A stretch of 64,000 nt of DNA from Candidatus Cloacimonadales bacterium (GTDB taxonomy: Bacteria > Cloacimonadota > Cloacimonadia > Cloacimonadales > JAFGVF01): assembly GCA_041672585.1 (NCBI GenBank), contig JBAYZI010000001.1, positions 1,014-65,013 of the forward strand, in the 5' to 3' direction. Under the pieces are notes generated by a model, which was not told where the DNA came from, made no database searches, and saw only the letters and a program-made list of their open reading frames with translations. Shown piece by piece: positions 17,050 to 26,033 of the stretch (position 1 is the stretch's first letter; every line of letters begins with the position of its first letter). Both the position numbers and the translations under genes were made by a program.

Positions 17050-17946
17050 TTATTCAGGGATTATTCTCACTTCCGGGTGCAGCGTTACATGGAACCTACA
17101 AAGTACAGTCTCTTTGATGAATTGAATTAAAGAGATGACATCGTTGGCAGTAGCTCCGCCTTTATTGATGATGAAGCCTGAATGTTTCTCTGAAATTTGA
17201 GCTCCTCCAATAGAATAGCCTTTTAATCCGCAATCATCAATTAGTTTCCCGACAAAATGTCCATCCGGTCTTTTGAAGGTTGAACCGGCGCTGGGGTATT
17301 CGAGTGGTTGCTTAGCTTCTCTACTTTGGGTAAATTCTAACATTTTGGCAGCAACATCTTTCTTGTTACTATGAGTTAGGGTAAATCCGGCTTGTAAGAT
17401 GAGGTAATTTCTCTGTTGATAAATACTTGTGCGATAGGAGAAGTTATGACCTGTCAATGCATGATTGCTTAATTCATGCTCATGGTTTAGATAATCAACT
17501 GAAGTGATGACATCTTTCATCTCGCCACCGTAAGCACCGGCATTCATGAAAACAGCACCGCCGACACTTCCGGGAATTCCGCAGGCAAATTCAAGTCCGG
17601 ATAAAGAGTTTTCTAAGCACAAATTAGTTAATTCTTTCAGAGTAACCCCGCATTGGGCTATAATATTATTATCATGTATCACCATGGAGTTGAGTTTCTT
17701 AGTGGAGAGAATAACACCTCTAAAACCGGCATCGGCAAAGATTAGATTATTGCCACCACCTAAGACAAAATAGCGAAAACCACTTTGCCGTAAGACAAGG
17801 AGCATCCGTTGCAATAGTTCAGGGGTATCCGGAGTTAGAAAAACATCGGCATTACCACCTATTTTGAAAGAAGTATGCTCACAGAGAGGCTCATTTTGAG
17901 AAATATGTTCGGGAGCGAAAAGTTTAAAAAGATTATTATACATCAT
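17050..17946 (-). CDS. murB: UDP-N-acetylenolpyruvoylglucosamine reductase
   Basis: Motifs FKIGGNADVF, LGGGNNLIF, GIPGSVGGAVFMNAGAYG, PSAGSTFKRP and GGAQISEKHSGFIIN. Confidence 0.9.
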   Translation of the reverse strand: MMYNNLFKLFAPEHISQNEPLCEHTSFKIGGNADVFLTPDTPELLQRMLLVLRQSGFRYFVLGGGNNLIFADAGFRGVILSTKKLNSMVIHDNNIIAQCGVTLKELTNLCLENSLSGLEFACGIPGSVGGAVFMNAGAYGGEMKDVITSVDYLNHEHELSNHALTGHNFSYRTSIYQQRNYLILQAGFTLTHSNKKDVAAKMLEFTQSREAKQPLEYPSAGSTFKRPDGHFVGKLIDDCGLKGYSIGGAQISEKHSGFIINKGGATANDVISLIQFIKETVLCRFHVTLHPEVRIIPE

Positions 17947-17954
17947 AAAAACAC

Positions 17955-20795
17955 CTACATTTGATTAAAGAATTTATTGGTTTTGTCTATTAGTTCTAAG
18001 TCTGAGTTAATGACAGTTAAGTCACAAGGTAAGATCTGTTTGAAGTATTCACCATAGCGAGTGGTAACGACTCTTTTGTCTAAGATAATAACGACGCCTC
18101 TATCTTGCTTGCTTCTGATTAATCTGCCAAAGCCTTGTCTGACTTTCAGGAGAGCGTTCGGGAGCATATAATGCATGAAAGAGTTCTTTTTCTGAGCTTC
18201 TAACTTCTCAATATAAGCCTCAACCAGCGGTTCCGAAGGCACTTGGAACGGAAGTTTAAATACTATAAGTTGGGAAAGAGATTCACCCTGCACATCTACA
18301 CCTTCCCAGAAAGAAGAGGTTCCGAGCAGAACAGAGTTCTTGTTTCTTTTGAATTCATTAAGAATAGAGTTTCTGCTACCGGAAATGCCTTGGGCAAGAA
18401 GCTTGATACCTTGTTCATAGAGAGGTTCTTGTAGCTCTTGAAAGGCGTAGTTTAAGTCTTTATAAGAAGTGAAAAGAACCATGCTTCCCTGTTTAGTTTG
18501 GGTAATGAGCATGTTGATAACTTTCAAGCACTGAGGAACATATAGACTATCTTTAGGGAAGGGTAGAAAGTTGACTAAAAAGAGTTTTGACTGCTTATTA
18601 TACTCGAAGGGAGAAGGTACAATTATCTGTTCTATGGGTCGATCTTTGAGGAGAGTCAACCCGGATTGGTTTAGGAAGAACTTAAACACTCCCCTAATTG
18701 CCAGAGTTGCAGAAGTCATTACTAGAGTGTCAATTGCATTATAGAGAATACCGTGTAGCTTCTCTTTTACTTCAATTGGTGCATAGTTCACAACCACCAA
18801 AGGGAATTCACTATTCTTAGAAGAGAATTGCTCTAACCAGAGTGCATAATCATCCCATTCCGGGTGGGCAAGTGTATTTAAAGATTCATGGATATCGCTT
18901 AGTTGTTGATAGATTCCTTCGAAGTCAGAGAGGTATTTATCATAGTTATGAATTAGTTCTCGTGATGTCGCTTTTAGTAGATCTGTTAGGTGAAAGAACT
19001 TCTGTAAAAGCTGATTCCAAATAGTATCTAGCTTGGTAAAATCTTCAGTGAAAGAGGGGAGACTTTTAGCGTCTTTGATTCTATGTTTTCCATAAGAACC
19101 TTTTTCCTCCACAACATGCCCTAATTTATCAAAGACGTCAGTGAATTCACGTTTATTATCTTCAATAAACAGAATAATAGAGTTAATAATCGTGATGAAG
19201 TTTGATTTACAGGCTTGACCATCACTTAGAGTGTTCTCAACTATGTTGAGGAAGTTAGGCAGCAGACCTATATTCTTTTTCATTTTGGTGAAGACAATAT
19301 GATTTAGAAGCTGATTAAGATCAAAATAGGTAAGACTAAAACCCAGATGTTTCCCGGCGACAGAGGGTAAGTTATGAGCTTCATCAATGATGACTCTGCT
19401 ATATTCTCCTAACGTCTTTCTTTCATTCATCAGGTCAGATAAGAGGAGTGAGTGATTCACCACTACAATCCCGGCTTCATCTAACTTCTTCTTGATAAAC
19501 ATCACATGGCAACTGCCACTATTAGGACATCTATTCATACCACCACAGAAGTAGCGTTCGGAAGCTACTAATCGCCAAGATGGCTGAAACTTACTCTTTT
19601 CAAACGCATTATTCTCGGAAATATCACCGGATTGAGTTAAGCTTTGCCAAATGACTAAATAGAGTAATCCATGGGCTTCATATCTGGTTAAAGTTTGCAC
19701 ATTGAGGATTGTCTCTTGCCAGCGGTTGAGGCAAATATAGTTTTCTCTGCCTTTCACGATAAGAGCTTTAAAACTGACCGGCATCATTTGGGCTAAGGTC
19801 GGGATATCTTTGAAGAAAAGCTGTTCTTGCAGGTTTTTAGTATTGGTAGAAATAACTATTTTGCACTTATTCTTAGTTGAATAATTTATGGCAGGAATGA
19901 GATAAGCAAAGGATTTACCAACGCCGGTTCCGGCTTCTACCAGCAGAAGTTGTTTCTCTTCAAAAGCTTTCTCTACAGAGTTCGCCATCATTATTTGCCC
20001 TTCTCGCTCTTCATAGTTAGGAAACTGTTTAGAGAAGAGTCCGGTTTGTCCTAAAACTTCTTCAATCTTAGGATGCCTGCTTTTTTCTATTTTAGAATCT
20101 ATAAAATTCACTTTAGGAAACTTAGGAAGTTCGTTTTGCGTTTTAATTAAAGCAGTTTTCTGTTGGTGCTCTGTTACTTTCACTAAGATGTTTGACAGAT
20201 CACTATCTAAACCGGCAATTGATAAAAGTTGGTAGATAACTCTGTTCTTAGGATAGGGCACTTTGTCCGCTATATAATGCAATACTTGATAGAATAACTG
20301 ACCGATTAGGTTAGCTCTCTTTTCACAATTAGAATCAATCTCCTCTTTTACATTTAAGAGTGAAACCAGTTCTTCTAGATCAAATCTCTCAGCAAAGGGA
20401 TAGTAAATCTTCATCAATTCATAGAGGTCATAATGATAATCAATAAAAGGCGTAAGATTTTGATTGAAAATATGATAAGTCAGGAAAGTAGATTGATTAA
20501 AATCATTAAAAAAGAGAACAGTATGGTCTTTGACGAAATCAGCTAACTGCGATAATGCACTCTTGATGGGTTGTCCTGAACGCTTCAAAGTGTTGAGAGA
20601 TACGTCTAAGGAGGCGAGAGAGAGGGAAGATATTTCAAAAGTCGGTTGAATGTAGGAGTGAAAACTCTTTGTAGCTTCCCCTTTCTCAAAGAGAGTTGCT
20701 CCTATTTCTACTATATTATTGGATTCAGGTTTGAGGCCGGTAGTTTTGAAATCTAGAGCCACAAAGCTGAATTCCTGTTGAAATTCTGTTAACAC
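17955..20795 (-). CDS. dinG: DnaQ-like 3'-5' exonuclease fused to a DinG-family ATP-dependent DNA helicase
   Basis: N-terminal DEDD-type motif (VALDFKTTGL...IVEIGA). Helicase motif I VEAGTGVGKSFAYL, motif II DEAHNL and a C-terminal helicase lobe (GTSSFWEGVD). GTG start. Confidence 0.8.
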   Translation of the reverse strand: MLTEFQQEFSFVALDFKTTGLKPESNNIVEIGATLFEKGEATKSFHSYIQPTFEISSLSLASLDVSLNTLKRSGQPIKSALSQLADFVKDHTVLFFNDFNQSTFLTYHIFNQNLTPFIDYHYDLYELMKIYYPFAERFDLEELVSLLNVKEEIDSNCEKRANLIGQLFYQVLHYIADKVPYPKNRVIYQLLSIAGLDSDLSNILVKVTEHQQKTALIKTQNELPKFPKVNFIDSKIEKSRHPKIEEVLGQTGLFSKQFPNYEEREGQIMMANSVEKAFEEKQLLLVEAGTGVGKSFAYLIPAINYSTKNKCKIVISTNTKNLQEQLFFKDIPTLAQMMPVSFKALIVKGRENYICLNRWQETILNVQTLTRYEAHGLLYLVIWQSLTQSGDISENNAFEKSKFQPSWRLVASERYFCGGMNRCPNSGSCHVMFIKKKLDEAGIVVVNHSLLLSDLMNERKTLGEYSRVIIDEAHNLPSVAGKHLGFSLTYFDLNQLLNHIVFTKMKKNIGLLPNFLNIVENTLSDGQACKSNFITIINSIILFIEDNKREFTDVFDKLGHVVEEKGSYGKHRIKDAKSLPSFTEDFTKLDTIWNQLLQKFFHLTDLLKATSRELIHNYDKYLSDFEGIYQQLSDIHESLNTLAHPEWDDYALWLEQFSSKNSEFPLVVVNYAPIEVKEKLHGILYNAIDTLVMTSATLAIRGVFKFFLNQSGLTLLKDRPIEQIIVPSPFEYNKQSKLFLVNFLPFPKDSLYVPQCLKVINMLITQTKQGSMVLFTSYKDLNYAFQELQEPLYEQGIKLLAQGISGSRNSILNEFKRNKNSVLLGTSSFWEGVDVQGESLSQLIVFKLPFQVPSEPLVEAYIEKLEAQKKNSFMHYMLPNALLKVRQGFGRLIRSKQDRGVVIILDKRVVTTRYGEYFKQILPCDLTVINSDLELIDKTNKFFNQM

Positions 20796-20804
20796 TAAGC
20801 TACC

Positions 20805-23800
20805 TTATTCCCTGTCTAAATTATATCTTTTTATCTTTTTGATCAAGCCTTGTCTGCTTAGTCCAAGTGCTTTAGCTGCTTGAGTCTGATTCCAGTCAGA
20901 CTCATCTAATGCTTGATTAATCATCTGAATCTCTAGCTCCTCAACTGCATCTTTAAGGAATTGCGGTTTAGAAAGTAGGTTAATTGTTGTCTTATTGGCT
21001 GCGAAGTTAATCAGTTCAGGAGAGACATCATCAGCTTTAATAAAAGCACTACTATCTGCTAAGGTAACAGCTCTTTCGATTTCATTCTCCAGCTGTCTGA
21101 CATTACCCGGCCATTCATAATTCTTCAAAATCGTCATTGCCTCATCAGTTATACCGCTGACATTCTTATTAATATGTTTATTATATTTATCCAAGAAGTG
21201 AACTGCCAAGAGCGGAATATCATCGCGACGTTCTGTTAAAGAGGGTAATTGAATTCTGATTACATTAAGTCTATAATAGAGGTCTAATCTAAACTCACCG
21301 GTTTTGACTTTATCAATTAGGGAGACATTAGTCGCACAAACTACCCTTACGCTCACAGTTTCAGTCTTGGTTGCACCTACTCTTTTCACTTCGCCTTCTT
21401 GCAAGAATCTTAATAACTTTGCTTGAGTAGAAAGGGAAATATCAGCAATTTCATCTAGGAAGAAAGTACCGCCGTCGGCAAGTTCAAGCAATCCCTTCTT
21501 ATCATAAGCAGCACCTGTGAAAGCACCTTTGACATGTCCGAATAACTCAGACTCGAGCAATGTTTCCGGCAAAGCTCCACAATATTGAGCAATAAACTGT
21601 TTGTTCCTTCTAATACTGCTATAGTGAATAGCGCGTGCAATTAATTCTTTACCTGTACCGCTTGGTCCTTCCACTAAAATAGTAGTCGGAGTATCTTTAA
21701 TTCTATTGACCAGATCAAAGATTTCTAACATCTTTTTACTTTTACCAATGATATTAAAAGGATTAGATTCTGTTATTTCGCCTCTAATCGCAGCGTGAGT
21801 CTTTTCTAAATCAGAAGTCCTAATATTCTCAATCAAAACAATAATCTGATTACACAAAGCAGAAATCATATTAATCGACTTCTCTGGGAAGTAGTGAGTT
21901 CCATGTTTAGTCATGAGAATTATCACACCTTGAGACTTATTTCTCACAGAGAGAGGGAAGGCAACAATATGATTATAGATTGGAGCAAAACTTGGTTGCT
22001 TATGATCAATCTTCTTAGCTGCCGTGAATGATTGTCTGCCAATATCCATAATTACGTCATAATATTTATCGCTCTTTTCGATATTGATAAACTTCAAATA
22101 CTGCCAACTATCTTTAATAGTTTGATTGCTGTATAAACAGACAATTGCACTATCTGCTTCGGCAAAATCAACTAATTTAGTGGAAGATTCTTCTAGCAGA
22201 GTATCAAAATTAGTAATTGTACCGAGGTCTCTGGTTATTTCATAGAATTTATTTGTAAGATGGTCTTGATTTTTATTACTCACTAATTCAGCTTTATGTT
22301 CTTTAGTAATTTTGTTTATCAGGATATCAGTTTTTTCGAGAAGTTTTATAGCTCCAAACTTCTTAATAGATTTTCTGTTATTATTAAGAATCTCCAAAGC
22401 TTGCTCCCATTCCTGTTGTTCTGATAAGAAAGTTGCAAGCAGATAATTTGCTTGAGCCAGTTCATACTGTTTGGAGTTTGATAAGAATAGCTCTATTGAT
22501 TTTAGAACATACTTCTTAGCTACTTCATAATTATCTTTTTCTAGAATTGCTTTGAGGTAATATGATTTGCCCAGTTCATTGGTGAGGTTGAGTTCCTCAG
22601 CAATAGCTAAAGCTTGATTCAAATAGTAGGAAGCACTTTCATAATTATGAGTCATAACAAAATACATTGCCTGTTTCTGATATCCTTCCACAATCTTATG
22701 TTTAGCATCCACAGATTTAAAGAAGTCCAGACTTTCCACTATATAAGAGTAAGCCTCTTTGAATTTATGCAGTTGAGTCAACACAGAACCAATATTGCCA
22801 TAGAGATCAGCTTTGATATTCTCATCTGTTATTTTAGGAAGAAGCTCCATACCTTTGAAGTATAAATCATAAGCAATATTGAACTCTCCGCGCTTTTCAT
22901 AAATCTCGCCAAGGTTGCTGTAAGAGATAATCAAGCCATCGAAATCTTCATACTCTAAACACTTATCAATTGCTTTTTGATAATACTCAATCGCTTTATC
23001 CCAATCGCCTTTAGAGTTGAACAGAGTTCCCAGATTATTATAGGTAGGAATAAGAACGCGGTAAAAATTGAAGTTTATAGCTATTTCTAAAGATTTCCTA
23101 AAGGCATCCTCAGAATTCTTATAATTCTTTTCATCCATATAGGTTACGCCCAGGTTATTGTAGATATTGGTAATCTGATATGGCTCATTTAATAGAGTTT
23201 GTATTTTCAAAGCTTCTTTGAGATAATAGATAGATTTGTTTCTATTACCTTTATCATCCATTAAACCACCTAAATTGTTATAGCAAACAGAGATTCCATT
23301 GAGGTTATATCTTTCTTGCTCGATAGCAAGGCTCTTCTGGTACATCTCTTCAGAGTTATCATATTCACCTTTAAATTGATGTAAAACGCCAATATTATTA
23401 TAAACTGCTGCTAAACCAATGAAGTTTTCAGCTTTCTTATAATATGACTCAGCTTCTCGAAACTGATCAAACGCCTTATCATAATCATTATTGAAATAAT
23501 GTAATTTACCGGTGAGTTTTTTGGTATCTGCCAGAATATTCGCTTGCATATTCTTATCTTCAATTAGGAAAGCATTCTGAATAGTCATTTCCAACATTAA
23601 ATTAGATTCGACAAATTCTTCATTGTCTATTAAAATCTCAGCTTTTAATAACATGATTTTCGTTGTCCAAAGAGTATCTATGTTTTCAGGAGAGTACTGT
23701 TTAATAATCTCTAAGGCAAAGTTAGAAGAGTTGGAGTTAAAAAGAGCTTTGGCTAAATAATAGATAATATCCGCTTCCGGTGAACTTTGTTTGCTACAAG

Positions 23801-25067
23801 TATGCAGATATTCTCTAAAGTAATCAGCAGATTTCTCAAAGTTATTTAAATCTAAGTGAGCCAAACCCAGTTGTTTTATTATTTCTAACTTCTTATCTAT
23901 TTTTTTAAGCTTCACAAACATAAAATTCAGGATAACTATCATACTTTGATAATCATATAGTAACTTTAAGTTTTCTAACGCCTGTTTAAAGAGCGGAGCA
24001 TCATAGTTATTTTGTAAGATATAGTAGTTTACGATATTATATGAATCAATATTAAAGTGTTGCAAAAGTTCCACACATCGTTCAATTTGAGGTTGGAAAT
24101 TCTTGATTGACAAATTATTAAAATAATATTGATAAGAAGAAATTTTGTGAATAAAGTAGTTACCCTTGTGATGAACGATTAAATAAGACTTTTCTAAGAT
24201 TTCCAGGTTTTCATCCAATTTTTTAGGAAAGAGAGTCTGTAAGATCTTGTACTCCGCATGTTTATCTAAGATATAAATACAGGAAAGTATCTCTTTTTGG
24301 AAATCAGTTAAAGACTCAATTCTTGCGCCGTGAATCGCGAAACTATCTAAGTTTTTATCTATGAATTCTGTAAGGTCTAACTTTCCTCTACTTTTGGATA
24401 AAGATGAAACAATATGGTTTACTATATAGAGATTACCTTTAGAGATGTTTTTAATTATTTCCGCTTCATGCAAAAAATCACTTTTCATATTAGGGAAACT
24501 TACTTCCAGTATTTTAACAATATCTTCTTGGGTAAGAAAATTCAACACGAATTGTTCAGAAAATGTGAAATTACTTACAGGAGTAAAAGCTACGATCTTC
24601 AAAGGAATTTCTGCCCAATAATTAATTATATACTGAATATAATCGCGTGTATAGGAGTCTAACAGATGGCAATCATCTATCAGCATGATGCCGGGACGTG
24701 CAAAATCGCGAAGTTTTAGCTGCTCACTGAAGAAGAAGAAGAAGTCATATTTTTGCCCGGTTTTGTATTCTTTGCTTAAATCATGAATAGTCTGGAAATC
24801 TTTGTCGCTAATCCCGGTAATTAACTGAATAAATTCCTTAAAGTGGTTCTGTCCAAAAACACTTGGAGTTAAGACATGATAGAAGCTACCTTTTTTCTCT
24901 AACCTCTGGATTAAGTTTTTAAACAACAGAGACTTACCGGTTCCCGCATTTCCTGTAACTTCTATTAAAGAACTACCCTTCTCCTCTAACTTATTTAAAA
25001 GCTCTGACAGCTTAGATATTTTCTCGACAATATATTTTTCCATAGCTTGGTTAGTACCAATTTCCAT
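20805..25067 (-). CDS. 1,420-aa sigma-54-dependent transcriptional activator with N-terminal STAND/AAA_16-type ATPase, long TPR array and GAF domain
   Basis: Walker A GNAGTGKS and Walker B IMLIDDCH near the N-terminus. About 500 aa of TPR-like repeats (YNNLG/YNNIG periodicity). A GAF-like segment. EBP AAA+ core GPSGTGKE...GAFTGA (nt 21511-21528)...FLDEI...R-finger region. C-terminal Fis-type HTH QTQAAKALGLSRQGLIKKIKRY. Confidence 0.85.
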   Translation of the reverse strand: MEIGTNQAMEKYIVEKISKLSELLNKLEEKGSSLIEVTGNAGTGKSLLFKNLIQRLEKKGSFYHVLTPSVFGQNHFKEFIQLITGISDKDFQTIHDLSKEYKTGQKYDFFFFFSEQLKLRDFARPGIMLIDDCHLLDSYTRDYIQYIINYWAEIPLKIVAFTPVSNFTFSEQFVLNFLTQEDIVKILEVSFPNMKSDFLHEAEIIKNISKGNLYIVNHIVSSLSKSRGKLDLTEFIDKNLDSFAIHGARIESLTDFQKEILSCIYILDKHAEYKILQTLFPKKLDENLEILEKSYLIVHHKGNYFIHKISSYQYYFNNLSIKNFQPQIERCVELLQHFNIDSYNIVNYYILQNNYDAPLFKQALENLKLLYDYQSMIVILNFMFVKLKKIDKKLEIIKQLGLAHLDLNNFEKSADYFREYLHTCSKQSSPEADIIYYLAKALFNSNSSNFALEIIKQYSPENIDTLWTTKIMLLKAEILIDNEEFVESNLMLEMTIQNAFLIEDKNMQANILADTKKLTGKLHYFNNDYDKAFDQFREAESYYKKAENFIGLAAVYNNIGVLHQFKGEYDNSEEMYQKSLAIEQERYNLNGISVCYNNLGGLMDDKGNRNKSIYYLKEALKIQTLLNEPYQITNIYNNLGVTYMDEKNYKNSEDAFRKSLEIAINFNFYRVLIPTYNNLGTLFNSKGDWDKAIEYYQKAIDKCLEYEDFDGLIISYSNLGEIYEKRGEFNIAYDLYFKGMELLPKITDENIKADLYGNIGSVLTQLHKFKEAYSYIVESLDFFKSVDAKHKIVEGYQKQAMYFVMTHNYESASYYLNQALAIAEELNLTNELGKSYYLKAILEKDNYEVAKKYVLKSIELFLSNSKQYELAQANYLLATFLSEQQEWEQALEILNNNRKSIKKFGAIKLLEKTDILINKITKEHKAELVSNKNQDHLTNKFYEITRDLGTITNFDTLLEESSTKLVDFAEADSAIVCLYSNQTIKDSWQYLKFINIEKSDKYYDVIMDIGRQSFTAAKKIDHKQPSFAPIYNHIVAFPLSVRNKSQGVIILMTKHGTHYFPEKSINMISALCNQIIVLIENIRTSDLEKTHAAIRGEITESNPFNIIGKSKKMLEIFDLVNRIKDTPTTILVEGPSGTGKELIARAIHYSSIRRNKQFIAQYCGALPETLLESELFGHVKGAFTGAAYDKKGLLELADGGTFFLDEIADISLSTQAKLLRFLQEGEVKRVGATKTETVSVRVVCATNVSLIDKVKTGEFRLDLYYRLNVIRIQLPSLTERRDDIPLLAVHFLDKYNKHINKNVSGITDEAMTILKNYEWPGNVRQLENEIERAVTLADSSAFIKADDVSPELINFAANKTTINLLSKPQFLKDAVEELEIQMINQALDESDWNQTQAAKALGLSRQGLIKKIKRYNLDRE

Positions 25068-25566
25068 GACAACCTCATATTTTGATTAATAAATGATTTT
25101 TCTAGTGTAAACTTTGTATAACCATCTGTAAATAGTTATTACAATTTAGTCAAGAGAAAATTTGTTTTATTAAGAGAAATATCGTAAATACTCACTATTA
25201 TAATTATCTAAACCATTCTAAGTCAGGTGAATAGATTGAAAATTATAACATCTCGATCTTCCTGATTTTATAATTCCTCCCAAAATAAAACTGTTCTTTT
25301 CCCTAAGACTCCCCTGGCACCCTCTTGACTACTCGGATTAAATGTCGCTAAAGTATCGGTAAACCTATGCAGGTCAAGCTAATGACAGAATGGCGATAGG
25401 TGTAGAAAATGAAATTAGTGGTTATTTTCTCCAAATTTAATCACTGTTTTGAACAAAGAAACACAATTTACCTGTTTACACCTGCAAACTTGGTAATCAT
25501 TGAAATTAGGTAAAATCAACAAAATAAATCTTCTTTGTCCTTTATGAATAAATTTGGGCTAAAGTT

Positions 25567-25600
25567 AATGCCATGTAGTTAGTTAGGGAATAATGGCATT
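25567..25600. promoter_or_regulatory. inverted repeat AATGCCAT-N18-ATGGCATT, candidate upstream activator site
   Basis: Perfect 8-bp arms at 25567-25574 and 25593-25600. They lie 47-80 bp upstream of the candidate -24 element. Confidence 0.3.
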
Positions 25601-25645
25601 TCTTTAGAAAGATTCTAATATTGGCAAGTTTTCAACTCAGGCATT

Positions 25646-25661
25646 TGGCATAAAACATGCT
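25646..25661 (+). promoter_or_regulatory. candidate sigma-54 (-24/-12) promoter for the giant-protein operon
   Basis: TGGCAT-aaaac-ATGCT. GG at 25647-25648 and GC at 25659-25660 have the canonical 12-nt register of TGGCAC-N5-TTGCW, on the strand of the giant gene and beside a divergent EBP gene. Confidence 0.4.
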
Positions 25662-25851
25662 TTTTATTCTCCCAATTTAAAGACTAAATAAACCCTGATT
25701 TATATAAAGACAAAAAAAGCTAAGATAAAAAATAAAAAACTTGACAATTTTTGACATTAGTTAACAAATAGGAAGAATGAACTTATATTTTGGCTAAGGC
25801 TGACTTAATTTTGAATTTCGTAATAATAAAACTAGATAGGAGAAAACGCTA

Positions 25852-26016
25852 ATGATTAGCAAGTTAGACAAGAACTTTTTGACAGTAATGAACCGTGGTG
25901 GACCATCTTTTTGGTGTGGAGAAATTGACAGAAATGCGCAAAATTTTATGAGTTTTGAAACGAGGTTGCCTGAATATTCAGGTATATCCTTACAAATATT
26001 AGAAAAAAAATTGTAA
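25852..26016 (+). CDS. unannotated 54-aa ORF directly upstream of the giant gene (hypothetical)
   Basis: AGGAGA plus 8 nt plus ATG. Encodes MISKLDKNFLTVMNRGGPSFWCGEIDRNAQNFMSFETRLPEYSGISLQILEKKL. The stop lies 17 nt before the giant ORF start. Below the track size cut-off. Confidence 0.3.
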   Translation: MISKLDKNFLTVMNRGGPSFWCGEIDRNAQNFMSFETRLPEYSGISLQILEKKL

Positions 26017-26033
26017 TTTGGAGGTTTCAAATT

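Noticed and set aside
24730-24745. (GAA)5 trinucleotide run in the EBP gene as a phase-variation switch
   Set aside because: It is in-frame (encodes FFFFF) and short, so slippage would add or remove a Phe rather than switch the gene off.
25315-25329. Perfect TGGCAC -24-like hexamer as a second sigma-54 promoter
   Set aside because: The downstream element is TTGA, and it sits one nucleotide too close (GG to GA/AC, not GG-N10-GC). Sigma-54 promoters tolerate spacing changes poorly. It is also about 720 nt from the ATG.
26003-26010. A8 homopolymer 24 nt upstream of the giant gene start as a phase-variation tract
   Set aside because: It is too short to argue for slipped-strand switching from a single sequence, and A-runs are common in this AT-rich genome. 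It would need population-level length polymorphism data.
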